DNA of 64,000 bases from Chamaesiphon sp. (GCA_965246715.1 CBDFFH010000051.1:32001-96000); one strand, 5' to 3'; counted from the first letter of the stretch, positions 1 through 10,423 are shown. Notes: generated by a model not told the origin, from the sequence alone. Numbers and translations: made by a program.

Positions 1-320
1 AACCCCAAGCCAAAATCTGAAGCGAGGATACCCTGCTCAACACCGGGCAAGGGCAGTGCCAAATGACCGAGAACGCTACTCCCTGCCATTGCCAACATAA
101 AGGAACTTGGCAGCAACCATAGTGCCTTGCCGCCAATCTGCGCTGCCCATAAACCAACCGCAACCATCGCCAATACATGGTCTAATCCCCCGATCGGATG
201 ACCCAATCCGTGCCAAAATCCGCTGGGGTCGCTAACGCCAGTATGGGCGCTAGCAAGACTAGGCAGAAGTAATGTTACCCCGATCGCACCCACCAAACAC
301 ATCCAAAACCGATTTTTCAT
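1..320 (-). CDS. HupE/UreJ family Ni/Co transporter (3' end runs off the window)
   Basis: Hand-translated from CAT at 318-320: MKNRFWMCLVGAIGVTLLLPSLASAHTGVSDPSGFWHGLGHPIGGLDHVLAMVAVGLWAAQ. Signal peptide plus the HPxxGxDH-LAMVAVGLW motif. Not in the ORF track because it is truncated. Confidence 0.9.
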   Translation of the reverse strand, partial: MKNRFWMCLVGAIGVTLLLPSLASAHTGVSDPSGFWHGLGHPIGGLDHVLAMVAVGLWAAQIGGKALWLLPSSFMLAMAGSSVLGHLALPLPGVEQGILASDFGLG

Positions 321-927
321 CCGATCGCTCCTAAACTTTACTAATACGCTAACATCGACACGCTCGATTTCGATGCATACATTGTTACGGAAATCGACCG
401 ATACGGTCAAACTAAACTTAACAATATTACGTAATTCTCTAAAATACTTAGTAATTACAGTGAACCAAGCTGACGCTGCTGCTGTCTAAGTATTTGGCAG
501 ACATCTACTGATGGATATAAGCCAAAATAAATCTAATCCTGCGATGTTTTATCGCAATTCTTCGCAATCGAGCGAGCATTTCAAAAGTGAATAACATCTA
601 CTTTAGTAGAGTTGAAACTGTTTGAATTCACGTCGTGCCAGCTTGGGCTGCTTATTTTTACAACTATTCGAGCGATCGATTTACTTGGGAACTTTTAAAT
701 AGAATAAAACGCCATGTTAATTAAATCGATCGAGAACTTTTCTGAATTTAAATCGGACTCGTACTTAACGATTTTACCCCTCCCCGATCGAACTAATAGT
801 TATCGCCAAATTGCCAATAGGCTCAAAGAACGGTTGACTATTAGTTCGATCCAGCTTGAAAAATTCCCAGTTCTCAAAGTGGGTGGGGTTCAACTCACAA
901 TTATTACTCAATTGAAGGACATTTGTT

Positions 928-1515
928 ATGAAACTATTCAAAGCTTTGCTCGGTGCAGCTACACTCGTAGCTACTTCCCTAGCGCCGGTGTTTGCAAATA
1001 CTACTAGTAAAGTAGAAATTATGGGTGCTGGCTATGGTGGCAATGGTTGTCCAGCGAATTCTGCCAGCGTGACTGTCAGCCCAGACGGACAAGAATTGAG
1101 CATTTTGTTCGATAAGTTTATCGCTATGGGTAATAACCCTAGCGAAAGCCGTAAAAGCTGTAACTTGAGCATCCCGATTAAAGTACCCCAAGGCTATCAA
1201 ATCTCTCTCTATGATGCCGATTACCGGGGCTACGTTGCGCCATCGACCTCTGCAAGTTTGCGAGCGGAGTATTTCTTCGCTGGCGCACGTGGCCCGGTTT
1301 TTAGCCGTAATTTTAATGGCGAAACTAACTATAACGTTCGGGATAAATTAGCAACTGTAGCTGATGTTTGGTCGACTTGTGGTGCGAGTACCAATATGCG
1401 CGTCAATGCAGCGATGACCGCTCGCGGTAAAGGCATGGCGACAGTGGATTCGTTCGACCTAGCACACCGTGGTCTGGTTTATCACATTCAATATCGCGCT
1501 TGTCCCGCACGCTAA
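928..1515 (+). CDS. Secreted DUF4360-like protein
   Basis: Signal peptide; GxGCPxxS and SRKSCNLSIPIKVPQGYQ motifs; AAGGA RBS upstream; terminator downstream. Confidence 0.8.
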   Translation: MKLFKALLGAATLVATSLAPVFANTTSKVEIMGAGYGGNGCPANSASVTVSPDGQELSILFDKFIAMGNNPSESRKSCNLSIPIKVPQGYQISLYDADYRGYVAPSTSASLRAEYFFAGARGPVFSRNFNGETNYNVRDKLATVADVWSTCGASTNMRVNAAMTARGKGMATVDSFDLAHRGLVYHIQYRACPAR

Positions 1516-1550
1516 CAGTTAATTTTTACTAATTCCTCACATTTTAAGCT

Positions 1551-1571
1551 AGGGGCTAGGCCCCTTTTTTA
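1551..1571 (+). terminator. Rho-independent terminator
   Basis: AGGGGC-TAG-GCCCCT stem followed by a T run, 35 nt after the stop codon. Confidence 0.8.
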
Positions 1572-1832
1572 TTGTGTATTGACAAATTATTAGATGCCCA
1601 AGCTTTAGCGATCCAGCCAAACCATAGAAACGACGTGATCTAGCCCGATATTTGATGGCTCGCTAGTCGCTTGCGACCTGGAAAGCTATTTAGATTGAGA
1701 TCTGAATAATTATGATTTTGCTATTGCTAAAATCCGTAGATCGATTGTGCTGAAAACCGATTAGTTATGGGAACTCAGTGGATTCGATCGCCGTTAAAAT
1801 AGAAGTATCTACTGAAGGCATCGCACTCCAAC

Positions 1833-2903
1833 ATGACAAGTCTTCTTACGGCAACCCCTGCAGCACAGTCCGCTCGCTTATGGTTGCCTGAGCGTGTTCT
1901 GTTTACTCCAGCAGCTTTAGCCGAACCGTGGGGTCAGCAGATTTTATCCCGCGTTGAGTCTTTGAATTTACCGATCGAAGAGCTGGCACACAATCGCATT
2001 ACCGGTGTGCGCGGTGCGACCGATCGCGAGACATATAATACTAGCAAGCGCACTTTAGCTGTTGTCACAGCACCACCAAGTTCGTTCAAACTTAGTCCGA
2101 TTCCGCCATCTGCCGACTGGCAGTTTCATCTTGCCGAAGGTTGTCCAGCGCATTGTCAATACTGTTATTTAGCGGGTAGTTTGTCAGGGCCGCCAGTGAT
2201 TCGTGCTTTTGCTAACTTGCCCCAGATTTTAGAAAATTTGGCAGCTTATGAGGGCGATAGCGCCACATCTTATGAGGTGAGCTGTTATACCGATCCATTG
2301 GGCATCGAGCATCTGACGGGTAGCCTTGCTGAATGCATTCGCTATTTTGGCACGCGGCCGAATGCATATTTACGATGGGTGTCCAAGTTCGATAATGTCG
2401 ATACTCTCCTCGACTTGCCGCACAACGGACACACCCGCTGTCGGGTGAGTGTCAATGCCGCGCCAGTTTCTGGACGATTTGAAGGTGGGACGGCATCGGT
2501 CAGGGCGAGATTGCAGGCATTACGGCGGTTGGCATTACCACGCAGTGAGGGTGGTGGTGGTTATCCGATTGGCGTGGTTATCGCACCGATTATGGCGATC
2601 GAAGATTGGCATCAACATTATACACGCTTGTTTGATTCGATCGAGGAAGCTCTCGATTTCGATTGCGATCTTACGTTCGAGCTGATTACCCACCGCTTTA
2701 CCCCTGGCTCGAAGGAGGTCTTGCAAACTTGGTATCCACAATCGCAGCTCGATCTGGATGAGGAGACGCGCGCTCAGAAACGGAACAAGTTTGGTGGCGT
2801 GAAATACGTGTATGATTCCAGCACGATGAAGGAGTTGCGACGCTTTTTTGAAAGCGAGATTCGACGACGTTTTTCGACAGCGAGACTGTTGTATTGGACA
2901 TAA
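1833..2903 (+). CDS. splB: Spore photoproduct lyase family radical SAM protein
   Basis: GCPAHCQYCYL radical SAM motif, EVSCYTDPL segment, FELITHRFTPGSK and KFGGVKYVY segments typical of the SplB family. Confidence 0.85.
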   Translation: MTSLLTATPAAQSARLWLPERVLFTPAALAEPWGQQILSRVESLNLPIEELAHNRITGVRGATDRETYNTSKRTLAVVTAPPSSFKLSPIPPSADWQFHLAEGCPAHCQYCYLAGSLSGPPVIRAFANLPQILENLAAYEGDSATSYEVSCYTDPLGIEHLTGSLAECIRYFGTRPNAYLRWVSKFDNVDTLLDLPHNGHTRCRVSVNAAPVSGRFEGGTASVRARLQALRRLALPRSEGGGGYPIGVVIAPIMAIEDWHQHYTRLFDSIEEALDFDCDLTFELITHRFTPGSKEVLQTWYPQSQLDLDEETRAQKRNKFGGVKYVYDSSTMKELRRFFESEIRRRFSTARLLYWT

Positions 2904-2954
2904 TCTGCGATCGCATCGATCGTTCGAGCCTCATTTTCAAGTACATAGTTTAAG

Positions 2955-2990
2955 ACACACCCCTGACTTCTTAGAGAAGTCGGGGGTGTT
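2955..2990. repeat. Intergenic hairpin repeat between convergent genes
   Basis: ACACCCCTGACTTCT-TAG-AGAAGTCGGGGGTGT imperfect stem-loop. Confidence 0.55.
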
Positions 2991-3051
2991 GCCGCATCTG
3001 GAGCGCGAGATCGCTGGCATTTTTTACTACCTGGTAGAACCGATCGATCTT

Positions 3052-3711
3052 CTACCAAGGTAATTCTTCCCCGTTAGCGTGCCAAAATGTGCCGGAAGTT
3101 TGGAGATTGAGACGATCGATCTGCTGTAAAATTCCCTTGACTGACTCTGCCGCTGGAATACCGCTATACCCAGTCATTGCGGTACTTACTAGCCCAGGAT
3201 GAATGATTGCTACGGCAATCTGGCGCGGCTGGAGATCGATCGCGAGAGACTTACCCGCCATTGAGAGCGCGACTTTTGACATCCGATAACCATAAGAACC
3301 GCCGGAAGTGTTGTCATCGATCGATCCCATCCGGCTGGTAATCAGGGCAATCTTGCCACCAGCCTGGAGATTGGGCAGTAGTGCTTGAGTGACCCGCAAT
3401 GCACCTATAGCGTTGACTTCAAACTGGTGACGGATGCTGTCAAAGTTTAAGTTATTAAGCGGATTTCGCTCCATAATGCCAGCGTTATTAATCAACACGT
3501 CGATTGTCAATCCCTGCAAGCGTTTCGCTAAATCGGCAATGGATGCATCTGACGTAATATCGATACCTGATTCGATGCGCACTCCCAGTTTTTCGAGATC
3601 TTTAGAATCCGATCGACAAACCGCGATCGCCGTCTCACCAGTTACCTGTATTTGTCGGCAGAGTTCGGTACCAATGCCACCGCTAGCTCCAGTCACTAAA
3701 AAAGTCGTCAT
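3052..3711 (-). CDS. Short-chain dehydrogenase/reductase (CsgA/C-factor-like)
   Basis: TGASGGIG, INNAGI and YRMSK motifs; start moved to the ATG of MTTFLVTG. Confidence 0.9.
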   Translation of the reverse strand: MTTFLVTGASGGIGTELCRQIQVTGETAIAVCRSDSKDLEKLGVRIESGIDITSDASIADLAKRLQGLTIDVLINNAGIMERNPLNNLNFDSIRHQFEVNAIGALRVTQALLPNLQAGGKIALITSRMGSIDDNTSGGSYGYRMSKVALSMAGKSLAIDLQPRQIAVAIIHPGLVSTAMTGYSGIPAAESVKGILQQIDRLNLQTSGTFWHANGEELPW

Positions 3712-3794
3712 TCGATCTAAACCCAACTAGTTTTAAATATAATAGATGATGATACAGGCTGTAAGTGTCGAGCTAGCGTCAAGAACCAACTGAA

Positions 3795-4433
3795 ATGAAT
3801 AGTTATACCGATATACAGATCGTAGCGTGGTTGAGGGGATTGTTGGCGATCGCTTGGGCCGATGGAGACTTCAGCACCGCCGAACGTTCGGCCATTCTCG
3901 ATCTCACTCAAGCCGAACTAGCTGCGAATATCGACATCAATCATCTCGCGGCGATCGAGGCAAGTGAATTAGCCGCAAGTTTTGGTACAGATCGGCAAAT
4001 TGCGGAGAACTTTTTGCGGACGGCGATGATGGTTGCTGTCGCAGATGGGACGTATTCGCAACCTGAAGCAACGATCTTGCGCGAATTTCACCAAGCGCTC
4101 AATGTCGATACTCAGATTTTAGACACCTTAGCCAGCACGATTGGATTCGATCGAGAATTAGCACATCCCACCGCACGCGATCCGTTATTGTCCGTGCGTG
4201 AATGGCTCGACGGTTTAGAAATCGCCGAGCCGAGGTTGGCACGGTTATTATGCAAATTTATCCCTTCTCAATGTCCCTTCGAGCGAGATATCATCCTCTT
4301 CGGTCGCAAAATCGTCCATATCCCACCGTTGTGCAAACTAAATCCCCTCTTCGACCAAACTGTCGGTTTGCGCTTCCGCGCCCTCTCCTACCTCGCTGAC
4401 ACCTGTGGCGAAGATGTCTCCGCCTACATTTGA
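3795..4433 (+). CDS. TerB-like N-domain plus 'Mo-dependent nitrogenase C-terminal' domain protein
   Basis: AWADG and AVADG TerB-like motifs; C-terminal CKFIPSQCPFERD...IPPLCKLNPL...LRFRALSYLA signature. This is not a nitrogenase subunit. Confidence 0.85.
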   Translation: MNSYTDIQIVAWLRGLLAIAWADGDFSTAERSAILDLTQAELAANIDINHLAAIEASELAASFGTDRQIAENFLRTAMMVAVADGTYSQPEATILREFHQALNVDTQILDTLASTIGFDRELAHPTARDPLLSVREWLDGLEIAEPRLARLLCKFIPSQCPFERDIILFGRKIVHIPPLCKLNPLFDQTVGLRFRALSYLADTCGEDVSAYI

Positions 4434-4498
4434 TGGGAACTGGAAGATCGGCGATCGAATAGCATTACCGAAGGCAAATCGGTTGTTGGTGGCACAGC

Positions 4499-4863
4499 CA
4501 CTCCGTTCGGAATAAGGATTTCCGATTAATGACTCCTGGCTTCGTTTCGGAACCGCCCCCAAACAACAACCCCAACCCACAGATCGATTTCCATTGCGGA
4601 GCCAATGCGGAGCGCGTAACACTGCGAACAAACCAACCCTTGTGCAGGGGAGTTTGAGGGGCGGCACTCCGCTGTCTTGACCCAAACGCACGCTGTAGGC
4701 GAGCGAAGCGAGACGTATCGCCAGACGGAGACCTCAGCGCGATTTGGGTCGCTCCTCAACGGGGGGTCTGGGGGTCGGAGCGATGCGCGCCCGTCGGGTT
4801 TCCCGACGCGACAAAAAGCGATCGAGACAACCCCCAGATCCGGGTTCCTTAGCACCAGTCCAA
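4499..4863 (+). mobile_element. Degenerate IS982-end MITE-like element with nested insertions
   Basis: Degenerate left IR (CACTCCGTTCGGAATAAG); body aligns by eye with 30737-31030 and 49393-49665; two extra inserts; right IR lost. Confidence 0.75.
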
Positions 4864-5922
4864 CTACTTGGACTTGGTAGCAATCAGATATTTACTCATA
4901 AAATGAACTTCCATCCGCACATCTGTAAACCCAGCATTAGTAAGTCGCAGGCTGAGATCGTCGCGAGTATAGTCATCGTAGTAAGGCTCATGAAAAATCT
5001 CATCGAAACCTTTCATCGCTGGGGCTAATTCTGGCGAATCGGAGAGTTGAATCGAGTCACAAATAATAAAGGTGCCACCTGGTTGCAGAGTCCGAAATGC
5101 TTGGTTGATGACATTTTGACGCACTTTGCCAGGAAGTTCGTGGAACAAGAAGACACAAGTAATCGCGTGAAAATAGTTGTCCAAATATGGCAACTCTTCC
5201 GCATTCGCTTGAGCTAATTGAGGTAACTCGCCAGGAATTTGGGACAATAATTCGTTAGCTTTGCGGAGATAGGCAGGGGATAAATCTGTGCCATATAAAG
5301 CAGCTTGTGGTAAAGCCGCACGAATCGCCCGCAATGTCCGTCCCGTGCCACAAGCGATATCTAATACGCGTTGTTGTTTGGTGGGGATGCTGGGAAAAGC
5401 TCGATCGAGTCCAGCTTTGAGCGGTGCTAAAATCCGGCGGCGCATGGGGTCGGCGGAACCACCGAAGAGAATCTCGACTTGTAGGTCGTAGAGATTGGCG
5501 GACTCATCGCTGAGGTAGCCATCGGTCTGATGGTGGAAGTTTTGGACGTAGTAGCTGGGATAGCCGTCAGTATCGACCTTGGGCGAGAAGTTTTGATATT
5601 GTTTGCGATCGATCCGCTCCCAGATTTTGGTCATGTCCAAGCAGAGCATGGGATAATACCGCAGGTAATCAGCCCAAGGATCGTCGAATAACAGGCTGGT
5701 GGGGTAGATTCCAGCTTCAGCATCAGCGAGATCTGCCGCCATCAAGCGATCGAGTTTAGCTTGAATGATGGGAATTACTTCCATCGGTAGGGTGACTGAA
5801 GCGCGAATGCTCGGTGCCACAAGTTTCTGTAACTGACCGACGAGCGTTTTGTGGGCAAAGCTGAAGTAGTTCTTGCCCTGTTGTACGGTTTGGTAGGTCA
5901 GCTTTGTTAAAGTATCGGTCAT
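4864..5922 (-). CDS. Class I SAM-dependent methyltransferase
   Basis: VLDIACGTG motif I, DLSPAYL, and the cyanobacterial YYVQNFHHQTDGYLS segment; start set to the ATG of MTDTLTK. Confidence 0.9.
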   Translation of the reverse strand: MTDTLTKLTYQTVQQGKNYFSFAHKTLVGQLQKLVAPSIRASVTLPMEVIPIIQAKLDRLMAADLADAEAGIYPTSLLFDDPWADYLRYYPMLCLDMTKIWERIDRKQYQNFSPKVDTDGYPSYYVQNFHHQTDGYLSDESANLYDLQVEILFGGSADPMRRRILAPLKAGLDRAFPSIPTKQQRVLDIACGTGRTLRAIRAALPQAALYGTDLSPAYLRKANELLSQIPGELPQLAQANAEELPYLDNYFHAITCVFLFHELPGKVRQNVINQAFRTLQPGGTFIICDSIQLSDSPELAPAMKGFDEIFHEPYYDDYTRDDLSLRLTNAGFTDVRMEVHFMSKYLIATKSK

Positions 5923-6067
5923 ATTTTCTACTCTGGGAATTTGGCGTGAAGGGCGAGTCTTCCTGTTAATTAATGTAACGAATAAATTTAAGTTTGGATC
6001 GAATGCGATCGCTGTTTCATCGAAAAAAATCTTTACACTATAGATAGCGTCACTACCAATCTTCACC

Positions 6068-7000
6068 ATGTTTACCTCAAATTACGACCGACCGACGTTA
6101 CAACTACCGCAAATGGGCTTTGGCACTTGGGCTTGGGGCGACAAGTTATTTTGGAATTACGGATCGGATTATGGGGATACCGAGCTGAAATTGGCTTTTC
6201 AGGCGGCAATTGCGGCGGGAGTAACTTTATTTGATACCGCCGAAGTTTACGGCTTAGGTAAGTCGGAAGAATTACTCGGTAAATTTGCCTCAGAAGCGAG
6301 AGCGCCGATCCAAATTGCGACAAAGTTTGCCCCTGTACCGTGGCGGTTTACAGCACAATCGGTCGCGGATGCGCTGACAGCTAGCCTCAAACGATTGAAT
6401 GTGGCGCGGGTGGACTTATATCAGGTTCACTGGCCGTTCGAGCTATTTCTCACCCCTAGCGTACTAATGAATGCGCTGGCAGATGAGTACGAGCAGGGAC
6501 GCATCGGGTCAATTGGGGTGAGTAACTATAGTGCGAACCAAATGCGCGAAGCCTATGGCATCTTGGCCGCTAGAGGCGTGCCGTTGGCGGTAAATCAGGT
6601 GCGTTATTCGCTCTTAGATCGTGAAATTGAAACTAATGGCATTTTGGCTGCCGCACGCGAATTGGGTGTGACGATTCTTGCTTATAGCCCACTCGCTCAA
6701 GGCTTACTCACCGGACGCTATACACCAGATAAACCACCGATGGGCGCTCGCAGCTGGGATCGACGATTTAGTGCCGAAGGATTGGCAAAAATCGCGCCGA
6801 CGATCGCAGTATTAAAGTCTCTCGGTGCAGAACTCGATCGCACTCCCGCACAGGTAGCTCTCAACTGGCTGATCGCACAACCAAATGTGATTCCGATTCC
6901 TGGTGTCAAAACTGCCGCTCAAGTCGTTCAAAATGCAGGTGCGTTGGGCTGGGAATTATCCAAAGAGGCGGTCGATCGATTATCGGCTAGTACTTATTAG
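6068..7000 (+). CDS. Aldo/keto reductase
   Basis: GFGTWAWG, FDTAEVYG, IATKF, DLYQVHWP, GVSNY, AYSPLAQG, IPIPG motifs. Confidence 0.93.
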   Translation: MFTSNYDRPTLQLPQMGFGTWAWGDKLFWNYGSDYGDTELKLAFQAAIAAGVTLFDTAEVYGLGKSEELLGKFASEARAPIQIATKFAPVPWRFTAQSVADALTASLKRLNVARVDLYQVHWPFELFLTPSVLMNALADEYEQGRIGSIGVSNYSANQMREAYGILAARGVPLAVNQVRYSLLDREIETNGILAAARELGVTILAYSPLAQGLLTGRYTPDKPPMGARSWDRRFSAEGLAKIAPTIAVLKSLGAELDRTPAQVALNWLIAQPNVIPIPGVKTAAQVVQNAGALGWELSKEAVDRLSASTY

Positions 7001-7249
7001 TCGATCGGTCTTGGATTGATGTGCCTCTTAATCGGTGTCATCGCCCCGCGAACCTCTCCCCCAGAACTTCTGCGACACGAAGAGGGGAGTAAGAATCAGA
7101 AAACAGAGAAGTGGCTGGACAAAGATCGATCGACCGTTGGGGTCGATCGAGACAGTAAGGATTGTAGACTAGATTTATACCGCATCTGCGTGGGTACCTA
7201 GAATGGGCACCCCTAACAAGTTGAGTGCGCCACACATACCAAACCACTA

Positions 7250-8767
7250 ATGCCCACCCATCCCGACTATCTGCAAAAAATCCTTACGGCCAAAGTTTAT
7301 GATGTGGCGATCGAATCGTCCCTAGATCTTGCCTCAATCCTCTCTCAACGAGTGAAAAACAAAATTTTGCTCAAACGAGAAGATATGCAGCCCGTCTTCT
7401 CCTTCAAGCTTAGAGGTGCCTATAACAAGATGGCAAAACTCAAGCCGGAATTATTAGCCAAAGGAGTAATTGCTGCTTCAGCGGGAAATCACGCTCAGGG
7501 TGTGGCATTGGGAGCCAAACGGCTAGGGACGACAGCAACGATCGTCATGCCCACAACGACACCACAGATGAAGGTAAATGCGGTAGCCGCTAGAGGTGCC
7601 GAAACGATTTTGTGGGGCGATAGTTACGATGATGCCTATGCCTATGCCTGTCATCTCGGCGAAGAGCGGGGGTTGACATTCATTCATCCCTTCGACGATC
7701 CGGACGTAATTGCCGGACAGGGAACGATCGGGATGGAAATCTTACGTCAATACCAACAGCCGATTCATGCGATCTTTGTGGCGATCGGTGGTGGTGGCTT
7801 GATTGCAGGGATTGCGGCGTATGTAAAGCGGTTGTATCCAGAGACAAAAATTATCGGCGTGGAGCCTGTCGATGCCGATGCGATGTCCCGATCGCTCGCT
7901 GCTGGGGAACGGGTGAAGCTCGATCGGGTGGGCTTATTTGCCGATGGGGTGGCGGTGAAAGAAGTTGGGGTTGAGACGTTTCGCCTGTGTCAGGAATATG
8001 TAGACGAGGTGATTTTAGTCGATACAGATGATATTTGTGCAGCGATCAAGGATGTGTTTGAAGATACCAGATCGATCTTGGAACCCGCTGGGGCACTGGC
8101 GATCGCTGGAGCGAAGGCTTATATCGAGCGGGAGCAAATCGAGGGTGAAACCTTAGTTGCGGTTGCTTGTGGGGCGAATATGAATTTCGATCGGTTGCGA
8201 TTTGTCGCCGAGCGGGCGGAAGTTGGCGAACATCGTGAGGCAATTTTGGCAGTGACGATTCCCGAAGAACGGGGCAGCTTTCGGTGCTTTTGCACCTGTT
8301 TGGGCGAGTATAAACTGACCGAATTTAACTATCGGATGGCAAATACCACATCGGCGCATATTTTTGTCGGGTTAGAAGTCCAAAATCGGGCAGATACGGC
8401 GATTGCAATCGCCAAGCTCGAAGCTGAGGGCTTTAAAACGCTCGATCTGACTGACAATGAAATGGCGAAAATGCATCTGCGGCATATGGTCGGCGGTCGA
8501 TCGCCTGTGGCGCAAAACGAACTGCTGTATCGGTTTGAGTTTCCCGAACGGACTGGGGCGCTCACGAAATTCCTCAATAGTATGAACCCCGATTGGAATA
8601 TCAGTCTGTTCCACTATCGCAATCATGGTGCAGATTATGGGCGGATTTCGATCGGGATTGAAGTCCCCCCAGCGGAAATGGCTGCTTGGGATGATTTTCT
8701 AGATCGCACCCCATATCGTTACTGGGACGAACGCACCAATCCGGCTTATCAGTTATTTTTGAGTTAG
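7250..8767 (+). CDS. ilvA: Threonine ammonia-lyase, biosynthetic
   Basis: KREDMQPVFSFKLRGAYN PLP-Lys motif, SAGNHAQG, two C-terminal regulatory ACT-like repeats. Confidence 0.97.
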   Translation: MPTHPDYLQKILTAKVYDVAIESSLDLASILSQRVKNKILLKREDMQPVFSFKLRGAYNKMAKLKPELLAKGVIAASAGNHAQGVALGAKRLGTTATIVMPTTTPQMKVNAVAARGAETILWGDSYDDAYAYACHLGEERGLTFIHPFDDPDVIAGQGTIGMEILRQYQQPIHAIFVAIGGGGLIAGIAAYVKRLYPETKIIGVEPVDADAMSRSLAAGERVKLDRVGLFADGVAVKEVGVETFRLCQEYVDEVILVDTDDICAAIKDVFEDTRSILEPAGALAIAGAKAYIEREQIEGETLVAVACGANMNFDRLRFVAERAEVGEHREAILAVTIPEERGSFRCFCTCLGEYKLTEFNYRMANTTSAHIFVGLEVQNRADTAIAIAKLEAEGFKTLDLTDNEMAKMHLRHMVGGRSPVAQNELLYRFEFPERTGALTKFLNSMNPDWNISLFHYRNHGADYGRISIGIEVPPAEMAAWDDFLDRTPYRYWDERTNPAYQLFLS

Positions 8768-8938
8768 CGTGAGTTCGGGTTAAGAAGAGCCTAGAGACTA
8801 AAGTCTCTGCTCATGATGCAAAGTCCGCCTGCGCGGACTAATATTCTAGTCCGAGAAGGCGGACTTTGCATTACTAGCCACGATTTCAATCGTTGGCGGT
8901 ACTGGAACGAAGCAAATACCCTTAACCCGAACTCACGT
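8767..8938. mobile_element. MITE with IS982-type terminal inverted repeats
   Basis: CGTGAGTTCGGGTTAAG (8768-8784) and CTTAACCCGAACTCACG (8921-8937); flanked by direct repeat TTGAGTTAG (8759-8767 and 8938-8946), or 7 bp TGAGTTA if the terminal base is counted as IR; internal AAAGTCCGCC...GGCGGACTTT double hairpin. Confidence 0.9.
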
Positions 8939-8962
8939 TGAGTTAGTGGCTCCCCAAGCCCA

Positions 8963-10330
8963 TTAAAGATTTTTCCCCCAATCCGCCATCGCCGCCTGCG
9001 CCGTATTGTAGTTGGTGGCATCGGGTGGAACCATTTTGGCCGTATCGATCGCGAGTCGCCAGAGTTTCCGGTCGGCATAGCCTTGGGCGATCTCGTAGAT
9101 TTCCTTCGACCATTGTTGGATCGATTGTTGCGCCTCGGCAGCAGCGGCAGTATCAGCGGGAATTTTGCGAGCGGTGAGGATGGCGATATACCGCGAAGTT
9201 GCATCGCCTGGTTTGACAAACAATCTAGCTTGGGCGATCGAGGTAATCGGCACGCTCGCTACATTTGCATCGATCGTTTTATTGACGACAGGTTTAACGA
9301 GCTGCTGTTCCTTATCTCTAGCTGACTGTGATTGGATCGCGTAAATGCCGCCTCCGCCTGCACCCAAGACGATCGTCAGCAGCAATCCAACTTTGGCCCA
9401 ATTGGGAATACTTTTGGGAGCGGGTACTGGTGTATCTCTAATTGCTAGCGCGCTAGTGCCCATCATCTCCGAACTGACGATCGAGATGACTGGGGGTGTA
9501 TATGGTGCATAGCTATCGTTGAGATCGGGCTTAGGTGGCAGCGGTGGCGTATAGACGACTTCAGGAATGGTGGAGTTAATGGAGGATTGGGTCGTCGCTG
9601 AAAAAACCGGACGATGGATCGATACGCCGGTCGGGATGACTGCCACAGGTGTTTGGAGCGGTTTCCAATGGTGTTCGCTCAACTCTGCCAACCGACTGGT
9701 TAAATACTCATCGATCGTTTCGAGATTGAGATCGGGATGATAATTTAGCGTTTCCAGTAGTGCTGTGGTAAATAATCCATGCCCTAATCGAGCATCCTCG
9801 TGCGAAAACTCATGAGCTTGGCAGGATAAGAAAGTGGGGATGTTATATTTTTGGGCGAGTTTGGCGGTGGCGTGACCGATACCCCCACCACCTGTGGCAT
9901 TTTGAGCGCGATTGGCATCGAGAAAAACGAGTGCGTTTACGCCAATATCATTTAACTGTTTGTAGAGTTGGCGGATCGAGATACAAGTATTTGCTAAATC
10001 TTCTGGCTTACCATCGATCGGGATCAGGTAATCTTCCTCACCAAAGCTTACGCCATAGCCACTAAAAAAGAACCACAGCAAATCACCAGCGCGTAGCGTA
10101 TCCCACGACCAATGTTTCAGCCATCGATCGATATTTTCGCGATCGGGATAAGTAGACTTATCGCCAGTTTTGGGTGAAGTATCCGTCAGTAGCAAACATT
10201 GTGACTGGCTCCAGCCTGCCGCATCAATAAAAAAATGCTCCATCGCTACGGCATCAGCCGAACCGTACCCCAGTGGTGGTAGGAATTGATAACGATCGAT
10301 TCCGATTGAAATACATGCCTGATTTGCCAT
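8963..10330 (-). CDS. Caspase (peptidase C14) domain membrane protein, pseudo-orthocaspase with YN dyad
   Basis: IGIDRY...FFSGYG...FLDANR...GHGLFTTALLE caspase fold; His replaced by Tyr and Cys by Asn; Pro-rich linker, one TM helix, C-terminal helical domain. Confidence 0.88.
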   Translation of the reverse strand: MANQACISIGIDRYQFLPPLGYGSADAVAMEHFFIDAAGWSQSQCLLLTDTSPKTGDKSTYPDRENIDRWLKHWSWDTLRAGDLLWFFFSGYGVSFGEEDYLIPIDGKPEDLANTCISIRQLYKQLNDIGVNALVFLDANRAQNATGGGGIGHATAKLAQKYNIPTFLSCQAHEFSHEDARLGHGLFTTALLETLNYHPDLNLETIDEYLTSRLAELSEHHWKPLQTPVAVIPTGVSIHRPVFSATTQSSINSTIPEVVYTPPLPPKPDLNDSYAPYTPPVISIVSSEMMGTSALAIRDTPVPAPKSIPNWAKVGLLLTIVLGAGGGGIYAIQSQSARDKEQQLVKPVVNKTIDANVASVPITSIAQARLFVKPGDATSRYIAILTARKIPADTAAAAEAQQSIQQWSKEIYEIAQGYADRKLWRLAIDTAKMVPPDATNYNTAQAAMADWGKNL

Positions 10331-10423
10331 TGAGGGTTAAATGATAAATGAGATAAATGAACTGTCGTCGATCGCTCGCATCAAATTACACTGACCACAT
10401 CATTTTACCAACAGACATCCCCA

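Noticed and set aside
321..520. Cobalamin riboswitch upstream of hupE/ureJ
   Set aside because: No GGGAA/T-loop/ACTG/B12-box elements seen on the minus strand.
3795..4433. Nitrogenase gene
   Set aside because: The domain name is historical; there are no Nif motifs or nif neighbours.
4338..5028. ORFs 4338-4691, 4526-4855, 4677-4880 and 4744-5028 (also 8791-9219, 11039-11362, 11110-11292, 44612-44860, 49524-49754)
   Set aside because: These frames run through repeat/MITE sequence or antisense to real genes. The shared GVPPLKLPC peptide simply reflects the DNA repeat.
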